Numbered from the stretch's first letter, positions 1-9,847 are shown. The stretch: 64,000 nt of DNA from an uncultured Gammaproteobacteria bacterium (GCA_964427735.1 CAYRUS010000001.1:666756-730755), one strand, 5' to 3'. Notes: generated from the letters alone by a model not told the origin. Made by a program: numbers and translations.

Positions 1-845
1 GGAAGGGCGTGAACAAAAAGAAAAAGTCCGATAATAGGTACAGCCAAAATAGCAACAAAGGCAAGTAAAAATGCTGTAAATTTAGCTCTAATTTTGATTT
101 TGTTTTTAGGCTTGGAAGTGTTTTTTGTTTTTTTAAGTTTTAAGGAGACGAATGCTAAAGATACTTTTTTAGAGATTTTTGCGATGGTTTTGAAATAGAA
201 AAATTTTATGCCAATAATTAGTTGTTGAATTCGTGATGCGAGTTGAAGGAAGTGCTTTTTATATGATAGTAAATTTTTGGTTTTAGATAGCCGAAGAAGA
301 TGCTTTTGCTTGCTTGAAACATATTTAACGATTTGTGAATCTACATAGTCTATATGTTTTATTATCTTAGATAGTCTTGAGCCATAGGAAGTTTCCTTTT
401 TGAATATTTGGACATGCTGAGAAGTAGATTTTCTTAGAGATACAACTTTTTTATCCCTGAGTAGGTTGGAAAGGAAAATTGCTATATCAAAAAGAAAAAA
501 CTTTAAACTTCTTTTTAGATCAAAATATTTTCCTTGTAATTTGAATAAGTAAAAAAGTTTTATCTTTTTTAAAGTTGTTCTGACTTCTGATATTTTAGGC
601 TTATTTTGGAGAATTTTGTTAAGACTAATTAAATTTATTTTAGGAATTGTAAGAATTGTAAAAGATAAAAATTTTCTTGTTATAAGACCGACAAAAGAAA
701 CAAGATAGGCAATGTATAAAAAGAAAGAATAGATTGGTTTACCGATAAATATTAAAAATTTAAAAAGCGCTTTAAGAGTGTCTTTATTTATTTGACTTTT
801 ATTTTTGTCATTAGTTTTATTAAGACCCGCTCCCACCTTGCCCAT
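1..845 (-). CDS. Partial (3'-truncated at window edge) lysine-rich integral membrane protein, hypothetical; downstream of PBP1A on same strand
   Basis: Manual minus-strand translation gives an unbroken frame from ATG at 843-845 to position 1 (more than 280 codons, MGKVGAGLNKTNDKNKSQ...AFVAILAVPIIGLFLFVHAL), with several hydrophobic helices. Not in the ORF track because the stop is outside the window. Confidence 0.45.
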   Translation of the reverse strand, partial: MGKVGAGLNKTNDKNKSQINKDTLKALFKFLIFIGKPIYSFFLYIAYLVSFVGLITRKFLSFTILTIPKINLISLNKILQNKPKISEVRTTLKKIKLFYLFKLQGKYFDLKRSLKFFLFDIAIFLSNLLRDKKVVSLRKSTSQHVQIFKKETSYGSRLSKIIKHIDYVDSQIVKYVSSKQKHLLRLSKTKNLLSYKKHFLQLASRIQQLIIGIKFFYFKTIAKISKKVSLAFVSLKLKKTKNTSKPKNKIKIRAKFTAFLLAFVAILAVPIIGLFLFVHAL

Positions 846-896
846 ATTATATATATACTTTTTATAATTTGTAGAGGAATTTTAATGCAATTTTGA

Positions 897-3125
897 TTAG
901 TTAAAGGGGAGAGGATATCCAATTGTTGCTGATTGGCTAGCTGAATCGCAGTCAAGGCATAGCATTGTTCCCAACGGATCAACTAGATAAGATTGATTTT
1001 TAAGCTCTACTTGTTCTGGGGGTACACCTGGTTCTGCTGGTTGTCCGGAATCTTTCATTACGAAAATTTCCTTTGTTCCTGATTCTATTCTTGCACCGAT
1101 TGCATCTTTTAGAAAGTATTCAAATCTTGTTTCACATTGCTCACCTTCGGAAGGGACATTTCCAGAGGTGCTGCAAACATTGACACCAACTACATTATCT
1201 GGTCTACTAAGTTCTGCGTGTCCTTTATTTTCTATTTCGTAATTTCCTTCTTCTGCTTTGTTTAGAGCAAAGTTAATAATTGAATTCCAGATAGGTGATG
1301 CTCCGGAAACTCCAGATACAGCAGAACTCATAGGAGAGTTGTCGTTATTTCCAACCCAGACTGTAGTTACTATATGTGGAGTGTATCCAATAGTCCAATT
1401 GTCTCTCAAATTATTTGTAGTTCCAGTTTTTACTGATACTTCCGGATGATCTGGAATTCTTAGTAATGATCCAAACCCAAAAGCAGCAGATCTGGCATTG
1501 TTATCTTTTAGAATATCTGAAATTATAAACGCAACTCCAGGGTTTAATACTCGTTCACTCTCCAGATTGTCGAGATTGTATTCTTCATATACTTTTCCTG
1601 TCCAGTCTTCAACTTTTAAAATTCCTGTTAACGGTTGTTTGATTCCACCATTTGCAAATACTCCAAAGGCTACTGCCATATCAATAGGTCTTACTTCACC
1701 ACCTCCTAAAGTCAATGACAATCCATAATTAGAAGGGTCAGTAAAGGTGGTAATTCCTATTTTATTTGAAAAGTTTATAAAATTTTCAATTCCATTCAGT
1801 GCAAGGACCCGCACAGCAGTAACATTATATGAATTTGCTAAAGCGTACCTTACTTGAACAGGACCATGGAAACTAAAGTCATAATTTCTGGGACAGTATG
1901 ATTGTTGTCCCGCTACTACAAAACAAGTAGGAATGTCAGCAAGAGGAGTGGAGGCAGTAATTTTTTTATCAAGTATTCCTAAGGCATAGTTTAATGGTTT
2001 TATTGATGATCCAGGTTGTCTATGAGCAAGGATAATATTTACCTTGCCATCTTCATCTTCAGCATAATATCCTTTGGACCCAACCATAGCAAGAATTTCA
2101 CCTGTGTCTGGTTTCGTGACTAAAGCTGCTCCATTTCCTACGTTCTGGTTTTTCAGTTTTGCAACTTCAGTAGCAACAGCTTGCTCTGCATACTCTTGTA
2201 GTTCTAGATCAAGTGTGGTTTTGACTCTTAGACCGCCTTTTTCTACGACACTATCGCCGTATTTTTCTGCCAATTGCTCTTTTATCCAAAGAGCAAAATG
2301 AGGTGCTTTTAGACCGTCTGGTGTTGAAAAAACAAGTTCTTCTGCTAAAGCATTATCAGCTTCTTCTTGTGATATATATCCATCTTCTACCATTCTTCTA
2401 AGAACTGCTTCTTGTCTTCCTTTGGCTAGTTCTGGTCTAGCACCAAAAGGAGAGAATCTTGTAGGAGCTGCAGTTATACCTGCCAATAATGATGCTTCTG
2501 CAAGAGTTAAGTCTTTTGCACTCTTATCAAAATACAGTTCAGCAGCAGCTTCAATCCCATAAGCAGTTGATCCGTAAGGTATTTGATTGAGATACATCTC
2601 TAAAATTTTGTCTTTACTGTATGAGGCTTCTACGAACATAGAAAGAGCAAATTCTCGTAGCTTTCTTTTGATAGTTCTTTCTGGTGTTAGCAGAGTGTTT
2701 TTGACCAATTGCTGAGTAAGTGTCGACCCTCCTTGTAATTTGTTATTTACAGCAATGTTGTAAGCAGCTCGGCTTATCCCAGTTAATGAAAACCCGTAAT
2801 GTTTATAAAAATCTTTATCTTCTATGGCAATGGTTGCTTGTTTTACATAATCAGGGATTTCGTCGAGTTTGACAGGTGTCCGTTTTTCATCAGAATAAAT
2901 TTCCATAATTAGATTATCATTTCGGTCATAGATTTTGGTAGATACAGCTAGTTCACGAGAATCGAGTTGTGTAGGAAGAGGTATGCCCCAGAACAACCAT
3001 AAAAAAGCTCCAATAATAATTAGAAAAAACATTGAAGCTTTAATTAAGCGTTTTTTCTTGGAAGTGTGCTTTGCTGTTGTAGTTTTTTTGCTCTTTTTTG
3101 CTTTTTTGCTTTTCTTTTTTGCCAT
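897..3125 (-). CDS. Penicillin-binding protein 1A family (bifunctional transglycosylase/transpeptidase)
   Basis: 742 aa. Lys-rich N-terminus plus TM, glycosyltransferase-51-like N-terminal half and transpeptidase C-terminal half (motifs resembling SxxK/SxN/KTG regions). Confidence 0.75.
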   Translation of the reverse strand: MAKKKSKKAKKSKKTTTAKHTSKKKRLIKASMFFLIIIGAFLWLFWGIPLPTQLDSRELAVSTKIYDRNDNLIMEIYSDEKRTPVKLDEIPDYVKQATIAIEDKDFYKHYGFSLTGISRAAYNIAVNNKLQGGSTLTQQLVKNTLLTPERTIKRKLREFALSMFVEASYSKDKILEMYLNQIPYGSTAYGIEAAAELYFDKSAKDLTLAEASLLAGITAAPTRFSPFGARPELAKGRQEAVLRRMVEDGYISQEEADNALAEELVFSTPDGLKAPHFALWIKEQLAEKYGDSVVEKGGLRVKTTLDLELQEYAEQAVATEVAKLKNQNVGNGAALVTKPDTGEILAMVGSKGYYAEDEDGKVNIILAHRQPGSSIKPLNYALGILDKKITASTPLADIPTCFVVAGQQSYCPRNYDFSFHGPVQVRYALANSYNVTAVRVLALNGIENFINFSNKIGITTFTDPSNYGLSLTLGGGEVRPIDMAVAFGVFANGGIKQPLTGILKVEDWTGKVYEEYNLDNLESERVLNPGVAFIISDILKDNNARSAAFGFGSLLRIPDHPEVSVKTGTTNNLRDNWTIGYTPHIVTTVWVGNNDNSPMSSAVSGVSGASPIWNSIINFALNKAEEGNYEIENKGHAELSRPDNVVGVNVCSTSGNVPSEGEQCETRFEYFLKDAIGARIESGTKEIFVMKDSGQPAEPGVPPEQVELKNQSYLVDPLGTMLCLDCDSASQSATIGYPLPFN

Positions 3126-3241
3126 ATATCTAATTATACTGCGGATTTTGATTTATTTCTCTTTTTTTTATTGTCTAAGCAAAAACTCTTTTAAAATTAT
3201 AAAAGCTGCGAAACAAAGTGGTAATCTGCTAGTATGAAAGT

Positions 3242-3736
3242 ATGAATCGAGAAGAGCTAGTTAAAAAACCCTGGTGGTCTTATCTTGAGACAGATTTGCA
3301 AGAGCTATTATTAGAGTCAGTTTTATTAACTAAAAAAGTGGAGAATTGGGAAGAGAAGTTTCATGATTATGCATTTATAGTTTTTCCAGCTAGTAAGTCT
3401 TATGAGGGTTTTCTAAAAAAAGTTTTTTTAGATCTTGAATTTATAACTAGAGATGATTATTTTGGTAAACGATTTAGAATTGGAAAAGCTCTAAACCCTT
3501 CACTTGATAGAAACAGATATAAAGGAGAGAGCATATATGACAAATTAGTGAATTATTGTGGTGGCAAAGAATTGGCAGATTATCTTTGGATGACTTGGAA
3601 GACATGTCGTAACGTTTTATTTCATTGGTATCCTAACGAAAAAAATGCCATTGGCTTTGAAAAAGCAAAACAAAGGGTAGAAAGGGTAATTATAAGTATT
3701 GATAAAACTTTTGAGGAATGTGAAATCAGTGTATAG
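3242..3736 (+). CDS. Hypothetical protein (possible HEPN-like R-x4-H motif: CRNVLFHW)
   Basis: 164 aa ORF with no recognised family. Rx4H motif near the C-terminus is the only lead. Confidence 0.4.
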   Translation: MNREELVKKPWWSYLETDLQELLLESVLLTKKVENWEEKFHDYAFIVFPASKSYEGFLKKVFLDLEFITRDDYFGKRFRIGKALNPSLDRNRYKGESIYDKLVNYCGGKELADYLWMTWKTCRNVLFHWYPNEKNAIGFEKAKQRVERVIISIDKTFEECEISV

Positions 3737-3741
3737 CATTC

Positions 3742-4395
3742 TTGACAAATTTTTTCAGCCTGCGTAGCATTATCATACCTGACATGAAGTTGAATAAAAT
3801 TATAAATGCTATTCTTGTTTTCGCAGCCTTTTTGATACTTTTTATATCAGTCTTTCGCACAGCTGCTGTCACTCCTAATTTTTCTTCCAATTTTTCTAAG
3901 GGCACAACTGTTGAAGGTGAAGTAATAGATTATCCTCTGGTATATGCAGGTCGGATTCTTCCTGGACATGCTTTTTGGTCAGTAAAAGCGACTCGAGATA
4001 GACTTTGGTTGTTTTTTACGTCAAATCCTTCCCGCAAGGCAGAACTTAATTTACTGTTTGCTGATAAAAGATTAGGAGCATACATTGAACTAATGGAGAG
4101 AGGGGATTTAGAAAATGCCTACGTATCTTTGATTAAAGCAGAACAATATTTAAAGAAGGCAAGTGACAAAGAAGTTGAAATAAGAAACAAAGGGGTAGAT
4201 ACAACAGATCTTTTAATCAGATTAAGTAATTCTTCTCTAAAACATCAAGAGGTTATAAATGAGGCAAAAACCAAGTTTCCAGACAATGCAGTGGCTGATC
4301 TTGTTCTTGTAGAAAATTATACAGTCGAGGTATATGAGAGATCCAAGTCTGCACTTTTGGAAAAAGGCTTAACACCGCCAGAATATCCATTCTAA
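3742..4395 (+). CDS. Hypothetical membrane-anchored helical protein (DUF5667-like?)
   Basis: 217 aa. N-terminal TM helix followed by a helical region with charged repeats. Confidence 0.4.
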   Translation: MTNFFSLRSIIIPDMKLNKIINAILVFAAFLILFISVFRTAAVTPNFSSNFSKGTTVEGEVIDYPLVYAGRILPGHAFWSVKATRDRLWLFFTSNPSRKAELNLLFADKRLGAYIELMERGDLENAYVSLIKAEQYLKKASDKEVEIRNKGVDTTDLLIRLSNSSLKHQEVINEAKTKFPDNAVADLVLVENYTVEVYERSKSALLEKGLTPPEYPF

Positions 4396-4430
4396 TTTTC
4401 AATGATCGCCTTTGAGATGGTTCTTGCTAG

Positions 4431-4482
4431 TTGACATACCATATCTGGTGTTGATAAAGTGCTACTACACTAATTATAGTAC
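4431..4482 (+). promoter_or_regulatory. Candidate sigma70-like promoter (TTGACA-16-GATAAA) overlapping two NrdR-box-like 16-mers (ATACCATATCTGGTGT at 4437-4452; ACACTAATTATAGTAC at 4467-4482) upstream of nrdR-nrdJ
   Basis: Each 16-mer matches 12 of 16 positions of the remembered NrdR box consensus acaCwAtATaTwGtgt. Start-to-start spacing is 30 bp. Located 117-160 bp upstream of nrdR. Confidence 0.35.
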
Positions 4483-4598
4483 TTTAAATTTTCATGAATG
4501 AAACTTGATTTGTCCGGAATCTTGGGTTAATTAGGTTTTTTATCTAATTTAAGGTACTCGGCTAAAAAATAGCCAAGCACTTTAAGATAAACACTTTT

Positions 4599-5045
4599 AT
4601 GAGATGTCCTTTTTGCAACAGTGATGATACATTTGTTACAGAGTCACGAACGGTTGACTCAGGAGGAGCTGTTAGAAGAAGACGAGAGTGTACAAGCTGT
4701 CATAAGAGATTTACTACATATGAACGTCCAAAGGAAGTTAAACTTTGGGTAATAAAAAAGGATATGAGTAGAGAACCTTTTAGCAAAGATAAAGTAAGGA
4801 ATGGAGTGATGCGAGCAATAGAGAAACGCCCTATTACTTTGGAAAGAGTTGAGGATATAGTTGATTCTGTTGAGAGAGAGATGTTAAACAAAGATCGCCA
4901 AGAGGTTACATCCAGAGAAATCGGTGGTGCTGTATCAAGACGACTAAAGGGTGTTGATAAAGTTGCCTGGCTAAGGTTTGCAAGTGTTTATTTTGAGTTT
5001 GATAATTTAGATGATTTTGAAAAAGCTATAGATTCTCGTGGTTGA
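4599..5045 (+). CDS. nrdR: Transcriptional repressor NrdR (Zn-ribbon + ATP-cone)
   Basis: MRCPFCNSDDTFVTESR N-terminal Zn ribbon (CxxC...CxxC), ATP-cone-like remainder, 148 aa, immediately upstream of an RNR gene. Confidence 0.85.
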   Translation: MRCPFCNSDDTFVTESRTVDSGGAVRRRRECTSCHKRFTTYERPKEVKLWVIKKDMSREPFSKDKVRNGVMRAIEKRPITLERVEDIVDSVEREMLNKDRQEVTSREIGGAVSRRLKGVDKVAWLRFASVYFEFDNLDDFEKAIDSRG

Positions 5046-5063
5046 TATTGTAAGTTAATAAAT

Positions 5064-7598
5064 ATGGCAAAAAAGAAAAAAAATCAGAATGAAATAAGAT
5101 TGGAGGATTTAGCACTTCCAACTTATGAAGAAATCAAGAAGGAAATAAAAAATAAAATTGGCACAATGCCAAGTAGACCCAAAAATCTTCCAAAAGGTGA
5201 ATGGAGCAAGCAGGCTCTTAAAGTTCTTGAAGAAAGATACCTTGTAAAAGATGACAATGGAAAGCCAATAGAGACACCAGAAGATATGTGTTGGAGAGTA
5301 TCTTGGGAAATAGCTTCTGCTGAGGCGAGATGGGGAGCAAAAGCAAATGAAGTCAAAAAACGAGCTAGAGAATTTTATAACATTTTAATAGAACACTCAT
5401 TTCTTCCTAACTCTCCAACTCTAATGAATGCAGGTACAAATAATATGCTTCAGTTTTCTGCATGCTTTGTGCTTCCTGTTGAAGATTCGATGGGAGGCAT
5501 TTTTGATGCACTAAAGTATCAGGCACTTATTCACAAAAGTGGAGGTGGAACAGGGTTTGCATTTAGTAGGTTAAGACCACAAGGAGCAATAGTTAAGAGT
5601 TCCAGTGGTGTTGCTTCTGGACCTGTATCTTTTATGAGAATTTTTGATGCCGCCACAAATGAAGTGAAGCAGGGTGGAAAAAGAAGAGGTGCAAATATGG
5701 GGATTTTGAGAGTTGACCATCCTGATATCTTGGAATTTATTCATTGTAAGGAAGACGGTGGTATTACAAATTTCAATATTTCTGTAGCAATTACAGACAG
5801 ATTCATGGAGGCCTATGAAAAAGGTGAAGATTATGAATTAATTGATCCTAATTCTAAAGAAGTTGTAGGAAGACTTTCTGCTAGGAAAGTTTTTGATGAA
5901 ATTGCAGATGGTGCTTGGAGAACTGGTGATCCAGGACTTGTTTTCTTAGACAGAATAAATAGTGGAGAGGCAAATCCTATACCTCCGCTTGGTCCTGTAG
6001 AAGCAACTAATCCATGTGGTGAACAGCCTTTGTATCCATTTGATTCGTGTAATTTGGGTAGCATATTCTTGAGCTATTTTATAACTGAAAAAAATAACAA
6101 AAAGGATGTTGACTGGGAAAAACTAAGAGATGTAACAAGGGTTGCAGTAAGGTTTTTAGACAATGTCATAGAAATGAATCCATACCCTTTAGATCCAATT
6201 AGGCAAGTATCAATGGGTATCAGGAGAATTGGATTGGGAGTAGGAGGATGGGCTGATCTGCTTATAGACTTAGGAATACCTTACGACAGTGAAGAGGCGC
6301 TAAAGTTAGGGGAAAAAGTTATGAAGGTGATTCAAGAGGAAGCTGTTTCTGCTTCTGAGCAGTTGGCAAAAGAACGTGGTCCATTTCCGATGTTCCCTGT
6401 AAGTATTTATAAAGACAAAAAACCGCGTAGAAATTCGACAGTAACAACTATAGCACCAACAGGAACTATTTCAATAATTGCAGGAACTTCTTCGGGAATA
6501 GAACCAATATTTGCCATTGCTTATCAGCATATAGTCAAAGACAAACATTTAAGCAGGACACTTACATTCATTAACCCAAAATTTGAAGAGATTGCAAAAG
6601 AAAGAGGATTTTGGAGTGAAGAAATAAAGGAAAAGGTTGCTGAACATGGGACTATAAGAGATATTGAAGAAATTCCTGAGGATGTAAGGAACTTATTTGG
6701 TACTGCTCATGAAATTCATCACGATTGGCATATAAAGATGCAGTCTGCATTCCAAAACTCAACAGAAAATGCTGTGAGTAAAACAATCAATATGCGTAAT
6801 GAAGTAAGCGTGGATGATGTTAAAGATTCTTACCTTCTAGCTTGGAAGACAAAATGTAAAGGTATAACTATTTTCAGGGATGGTTGTAAAGATGCACAGG
6901 TACTTAATTTAGGCGTAAAAGACAAAGAAGTAAAAGAAGAAAATCCACAGGAAGATTATCTAGAGCCAATGTATGAAAGACCGATTGTTGTAATGGGTGC
7001 TACTTACAAGCTGAATACACCTCAAGGCAAAGCTTTCATTACCATAAATGAGGATGAAGAAGGACAGCCGTTGGAAGTATTTATAAATATTGGAAAAGCA
7101 GGTAGTGATGTGACTGCAATGGCAGCAGCTCTAGGGAGAACAATATCTACAGCATTTAGATTTAAAGGTGGGGTTTCGGCAATTGAAAAAGCCAGAGAAA
7201 TAACTGAGCAATTGGCAGGTATCGGTGGAAGAAGATCTGTTGGATTTGGTCCTACAAAAATATTATCCTTGCCCGATGCTGTTGCAGCAGCATTATCGAT
7301 GCATTTTAATTTTAAAATGAACGGGATGTCAATAAAAAGTGATACAAATGGTATTTCTCACGCAAAGATAGAAGGTAATGGAAGTGCTGTTTCTACAAAT
7401 GGTGTTGATCATAGTATGAGTATGGCAGCAATTTCTGCTGGAACAAATGGAGCAAGTGAAGCCCATGTTCAAGAAAGTTTGTTGATACAAGTACAGCCAA
7501 AAGTGACAGGAGATATTTGTCCCGCATGTGGAGCAAGTAGTCTTGTATATCAAGAAGGTTGTGCTAAGTGTCATGCATGTGGGCACAGTGAATGTTAA
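5064..7598 (+). CDS. nrdJ: Ribonucleotide reductase, class II (adenosylcobalamin-dependent), with C-terminal Cys-rich zinc-ribbon tail
   Basis: 844 aa. NPCGEQPL active-site motif typical of class II RNR, TLMNAGT region, C-terminal CPACG...CAKCHACG cluster. Confidence 0.8.
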   Translation: MAKKKKNQNEIRLEDLALPTYEEIKKEIKNKIGTMPSRPKNLPKGEWSKQALKVLEERYLVKDDNGKPIETPEDMCWRVSWEIASAEARWGAKANEVKKRAREFYNILIEHSFLPNSPTLMNAGTNNMLQFSACFVLPVEDSMGGIFDALKYQALIHKSGGGTGFAFSRLRPQGAIVKSSSGVASGPVSFMRIFDAATNEVKQGGKRRGANMGILRVDHPDILEFIHCKEDGGITNFNISVAITDRFMEAYEKGEDYELIDPNSKEVVGRLSARKVFDEIADGAWRTGDPGLVFLDRINSGEANPIPPLGPVEATNPCGEQPLYPFDSCNLGSIFLSYFITEKNNKKDVDWEKLRDVTRVAVRFLDNVIEMNPYPLDPIRQVSMGIRRIGLGVGGWADLLIDLGIPYDSEEALKLGEKVMKVIQEEAVSASEQLAKERGPFPMFPVSIYKDKKPRRNSTVTTIAPTGTISIIAGTSSGIEPIFAIAYQHIVKDKHLSRTLTFINPKFEEIAKERGFWSEEIKEKVAEHGTIRDIEEIPEDVRNLFGTAHEIHHDWHIKMQSAFQNSTENAVSKTINMRNEVSVDDVKDSYLLAWKTKCKGITIFRDGCKDAQVLNLGVKDKEVKEENPQEDYLEPMYERPIVVMGATYKLNTPQGKAFITINEDEEGQPLEVFINIGKAGSDVTAMAAALGRTISTAFRFKGGVSAIEKAREITEQLAGIGGRRSVGFGPTKILSLPDAVAAALSMHFNFKMNGMSIKSDTNGISHAKIEGNGSAVSTNGVDHSMSMAAISAGTNGASEAHVQESLLIQVQPKVTGDICPACGASSLVYQEGCAKCHACGHSEC

Positions 7599-7727
7599 AA
7601 AGCTGGTTGTGACTCGGTTAAGGCTGCTTTGTGCGGTTGCTTTACAAAAGTGTAATTTCCATTTTTGGATCTGCTTTTCCCTTAAGCGGCTTTAGCCAAG
7701 TTATAACCGGTTTTTTAGTTTATAAAG

Positions 7728-8261
7728 ATGGCAATTTATACAAAAAAGGGGGATAAAGGGAAAACCAGTCTCTTTTCTGAAGGTGGAGAAATTAGAGTGG
7801 ATAAAGATAGTGCAATAGTCGAATCTCTTGGGTCAGTAGATGAATTGAATAGTTCAGTAGGTGAAGCTAAAGTTTTAATTGAAGATAGCGAAAAGAAAAA
7901 GTTATTGGAAGATATTCAGAGGTGTCTCCTCACAATAGGTGCCTCAGTTGCAGGAAGTAATTTAGATTTTCCACAAAGTAATATTAAAATTCTAGAAAGG
8001 TGTATCGATGATTGGGAAGGTGAACTTCCTGTTCTTGCAAATTTTATTCTTCCAGGTGGTACGCAATTATCAGCAAAAATTCATTTTTGCAGAAGTATGG
8101 CAAGGCGTGCAGAAAGAAGAGTGGTTGTTGTCAGTCGTCACACTGAATTGGATGAAAACATATTAAAGTACTTAAACAGGTTGTCTGATTTTTTCTTTAT
8201 GCTTGCAAGGAAAGTTAATTTTGATGAGGGAGTGAAGGATGAGGTTTGGAAGGGAAGATAA
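7728..8261 (+). CDS. pduO: PduO-type ATP:cob(I)alamin adenosyltransferase
   Basis: MAIYTKKGDKGKTSL...SLGSVDELNSSVGEA matches the PduO-type N-terminal signature; 177 aa. Confidence 0.8.
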   Translation: MAIYTKKGDKGKTSLFSEGGEIRVDKDSAIVESLGSVDELNSSVGEAKVLIEDSEKKKLLEDIQRCLLTIGASVAGSNLDFPQSNIKILERCIDDWEGELPVLANFILPGGTQLSAKIHFCRSMARRAERRVVVVSRHTELDENILKYLNRLSDFFFMLARKVNFDEGVKDEVWKGR

Positions 8262-8271
8262 ATAAATCAGA

Positions 8272-9162
8272 TTAGCATCTATAAGTAACTCCCTTGTTTC
8301 CTTCACACGTTTCTCTTGGGCAGTAAATTTTACCTCCTGAAATAGTTGCAACAACTTTTTCTTTGCATATACCGCACTTGCATATTTTTTTTCTAACACC
8401 AAGAGAGTTTAATATATGTGAATTTCTGAAAGTTGATTCAAAGGCAGTATTGATTTGTGGTGGGCAACTACTTTGATACTCTCCAATCATTCTTTCGCTG
8501 CTTGCCATTTTATATAATGTGTTATAACGGGTATTAAACTCGTTAGTGGTTGATCTCTGTCTGGATAAGTTGTTTAACTTTGAATATGTTTCTTGTTTAA
8601 TTTCTAAGTCTTCTCCTTTATAAATTAGTTGCAGTTGATCAATATGTTTAGACAAATTTTCAAACCAGCAAAAGAATTTATCATTGTCCGGAAAGAGCGG
8701 AGTAGCCCGAAGTACCTCTGTGTTTGTAAACTTATAACCTGCAAGCAACGATGCGCTTGAAAGCAGAAAATTATCATCATGATCCAATACTACGGCTCTA
8801 TTTAATACAATCTTCACTCCTTCTTTTAATGTGTCGGCTTCCTGAATTATTATTTTAGTTACTGGATACTTTCCAGGATATGTGGGACTAAACCACACTG
8901 AAAAACCTCTGGCTTTGTTCGACCATTCTTGTATTTTGTCGAACCCCTCTGCTTCAATTATTCCAAGTTTAGAAGACTTGTTTATATGATTTTCTACCCG
9001 TGTACCGTTTGGAGTTTCTAATTTACCATTTCGGTTTACAAAAACATAAGTGTCTGGTAATCTCCTGGTTTCATGACTTTCTGAAGCAACCTCTTCAACT
9101 AATTGGGATGAAGGATGATTTATCTGTTGTCTTACAAATTGCAGATCACGTTCTGATATCAT
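8272..9162 (-). CDS. Hypothetical protein with C-terminal Cys cluster (CKCGICKEK...YCPRETCEG...C)
   Basis: 296 aa ORF convergent with pduO. Zn-ribbon-like C-terminus; no family recognised. Confidence 0.45.
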   Translation of the reverse strand: MISERDLQFVRQQINHPSSQLVEEVASESHETRRLPDTYVFVNRNGKLETPNGTRVENHINKSSKLGIIEAEGFDKIQEWSNKARGFSVWFSPTYPGKYPVTKIIIQEADTLKEGVKIVLNRAVVLDHDDNFLLSSASLLAGYKFTNTEVLRATPLFPDNDKFFCWFENLSKHIDQLQLIYKGEDLEIKQETYSKLNNLSRQRSTTNEFNTRYNTLYKMASSERMIGEYQSSCPPQINTAFESTFRNSHILNSLGVRKKICKCGICKEKVVATISGGKIYCPRETCEGNKGVTYRC

Positions 9163-9376
9163 AATTTTCTCCTTATTCGGGATACTTCGAGATTGCTAGT
9201 TTTCCGGCTATACGGTTGCGAAACAGCCTCGGAGTCACATCGAGTTCCTTGAACACAATCTCGTTAAAAACATTATTCAACAAAATTAGGATTGAATCAA
9301 GGACTAATTAATTGATGATCCGCATAAAATTTATCAAGCTTCTTTTCACAAATTGTTTCTCTTGATACAATGAATC

Positions 9377-9748
9377 ATGGCTCAAGAAGGAGAACCAAGA
9401 GGAATCGGAAATGTTGAACAAAAGGCAGGAAGTTTAATTGAACATATTCCTGAAACACCTGAAATATCTGAGTCCTTGCAACAGGCTGGTGTAAGAGTAC
9501 AACCATCGAATCCTCCTATTACTGGTTTTGATCCTTTAGGTATGGCTATAACAAAAAGCAGTAATACAACTTCCCAACTCACTTTACCTGGAGATAATAC
9601 ATATGATAGTTTAAAGAAAAAATCTGAAGGTAATCCATTATTAGCTTTGACCTGGTGGGCGACCGTTTGGTTAAGGCAGATTAAGATAGCCTGGCACAAA
9701 GGAAGAAAGGTATTAGGCAAAGGGTCGTCTAATACTCAGCCTATCTAA
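9377..9748 (+). CDS. Hypothetical small protein (coding status uncertain; competing antisense ORF 9382..9720)
   Basis: 123 aa ORF upstream of the VirD4-like ATPase. No motif seen. Confidence 0.2.
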   Translation: MAQEGEPRGIGNVEQKAGSLIEHIPETPEISESLQQAGVRVQPSNPPITGFDPLGMAITKSSNTTSQLTLPGDNTYDSLKKKSEGNPLLALTWWATVWLRQIKIAWHKGRKVLGKGSSNTQPI

Positions 9749-9847
9749 AATTTTTAAAAAATCCTTTGTTACAAGCGTAAAATGCGCGTATAATTATATA
9801 AGAAGTGCAGTTAATAGCGTATACTTCAGTCAATAAAACTAATAACT

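Noticed and set aside
788-982. 64-aa minus-strand ORF from the track
   Set aside because: Overlaps in a different frame both the PBP1A 3' end and the longer unlisted frame running to the window edge. The 281-codon frame is far more plausible.
1258-2301. Plus-strand ORFs 1258..1449, 1498..1728, 2074..2301 inside the PBP1A gene
   Set aside because: Antisense shadow ORFs within a well-supported 742-aa minus-strand gene; no motifs.
7599-7727. Looked for a cobalamin riboswitch or terminator between nrdJ and pduO, and upstream of nrdR
   Set aside because: The 129-nt spacer is too short for a B12 riboswitch and shows no B12-box-like element. Only weak palindromes (AACCGGTT + T-run) were seen, insufficient to call a terminator.
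9382-9720. Minus-strand 112-aa ORF antisense to ORF 9377..9748
   Set aside because: The two ORFs almost completely overlap and neither has motifs. I kept only the plus-strand one (same orientation as the downstream ATPase) at low confidence.
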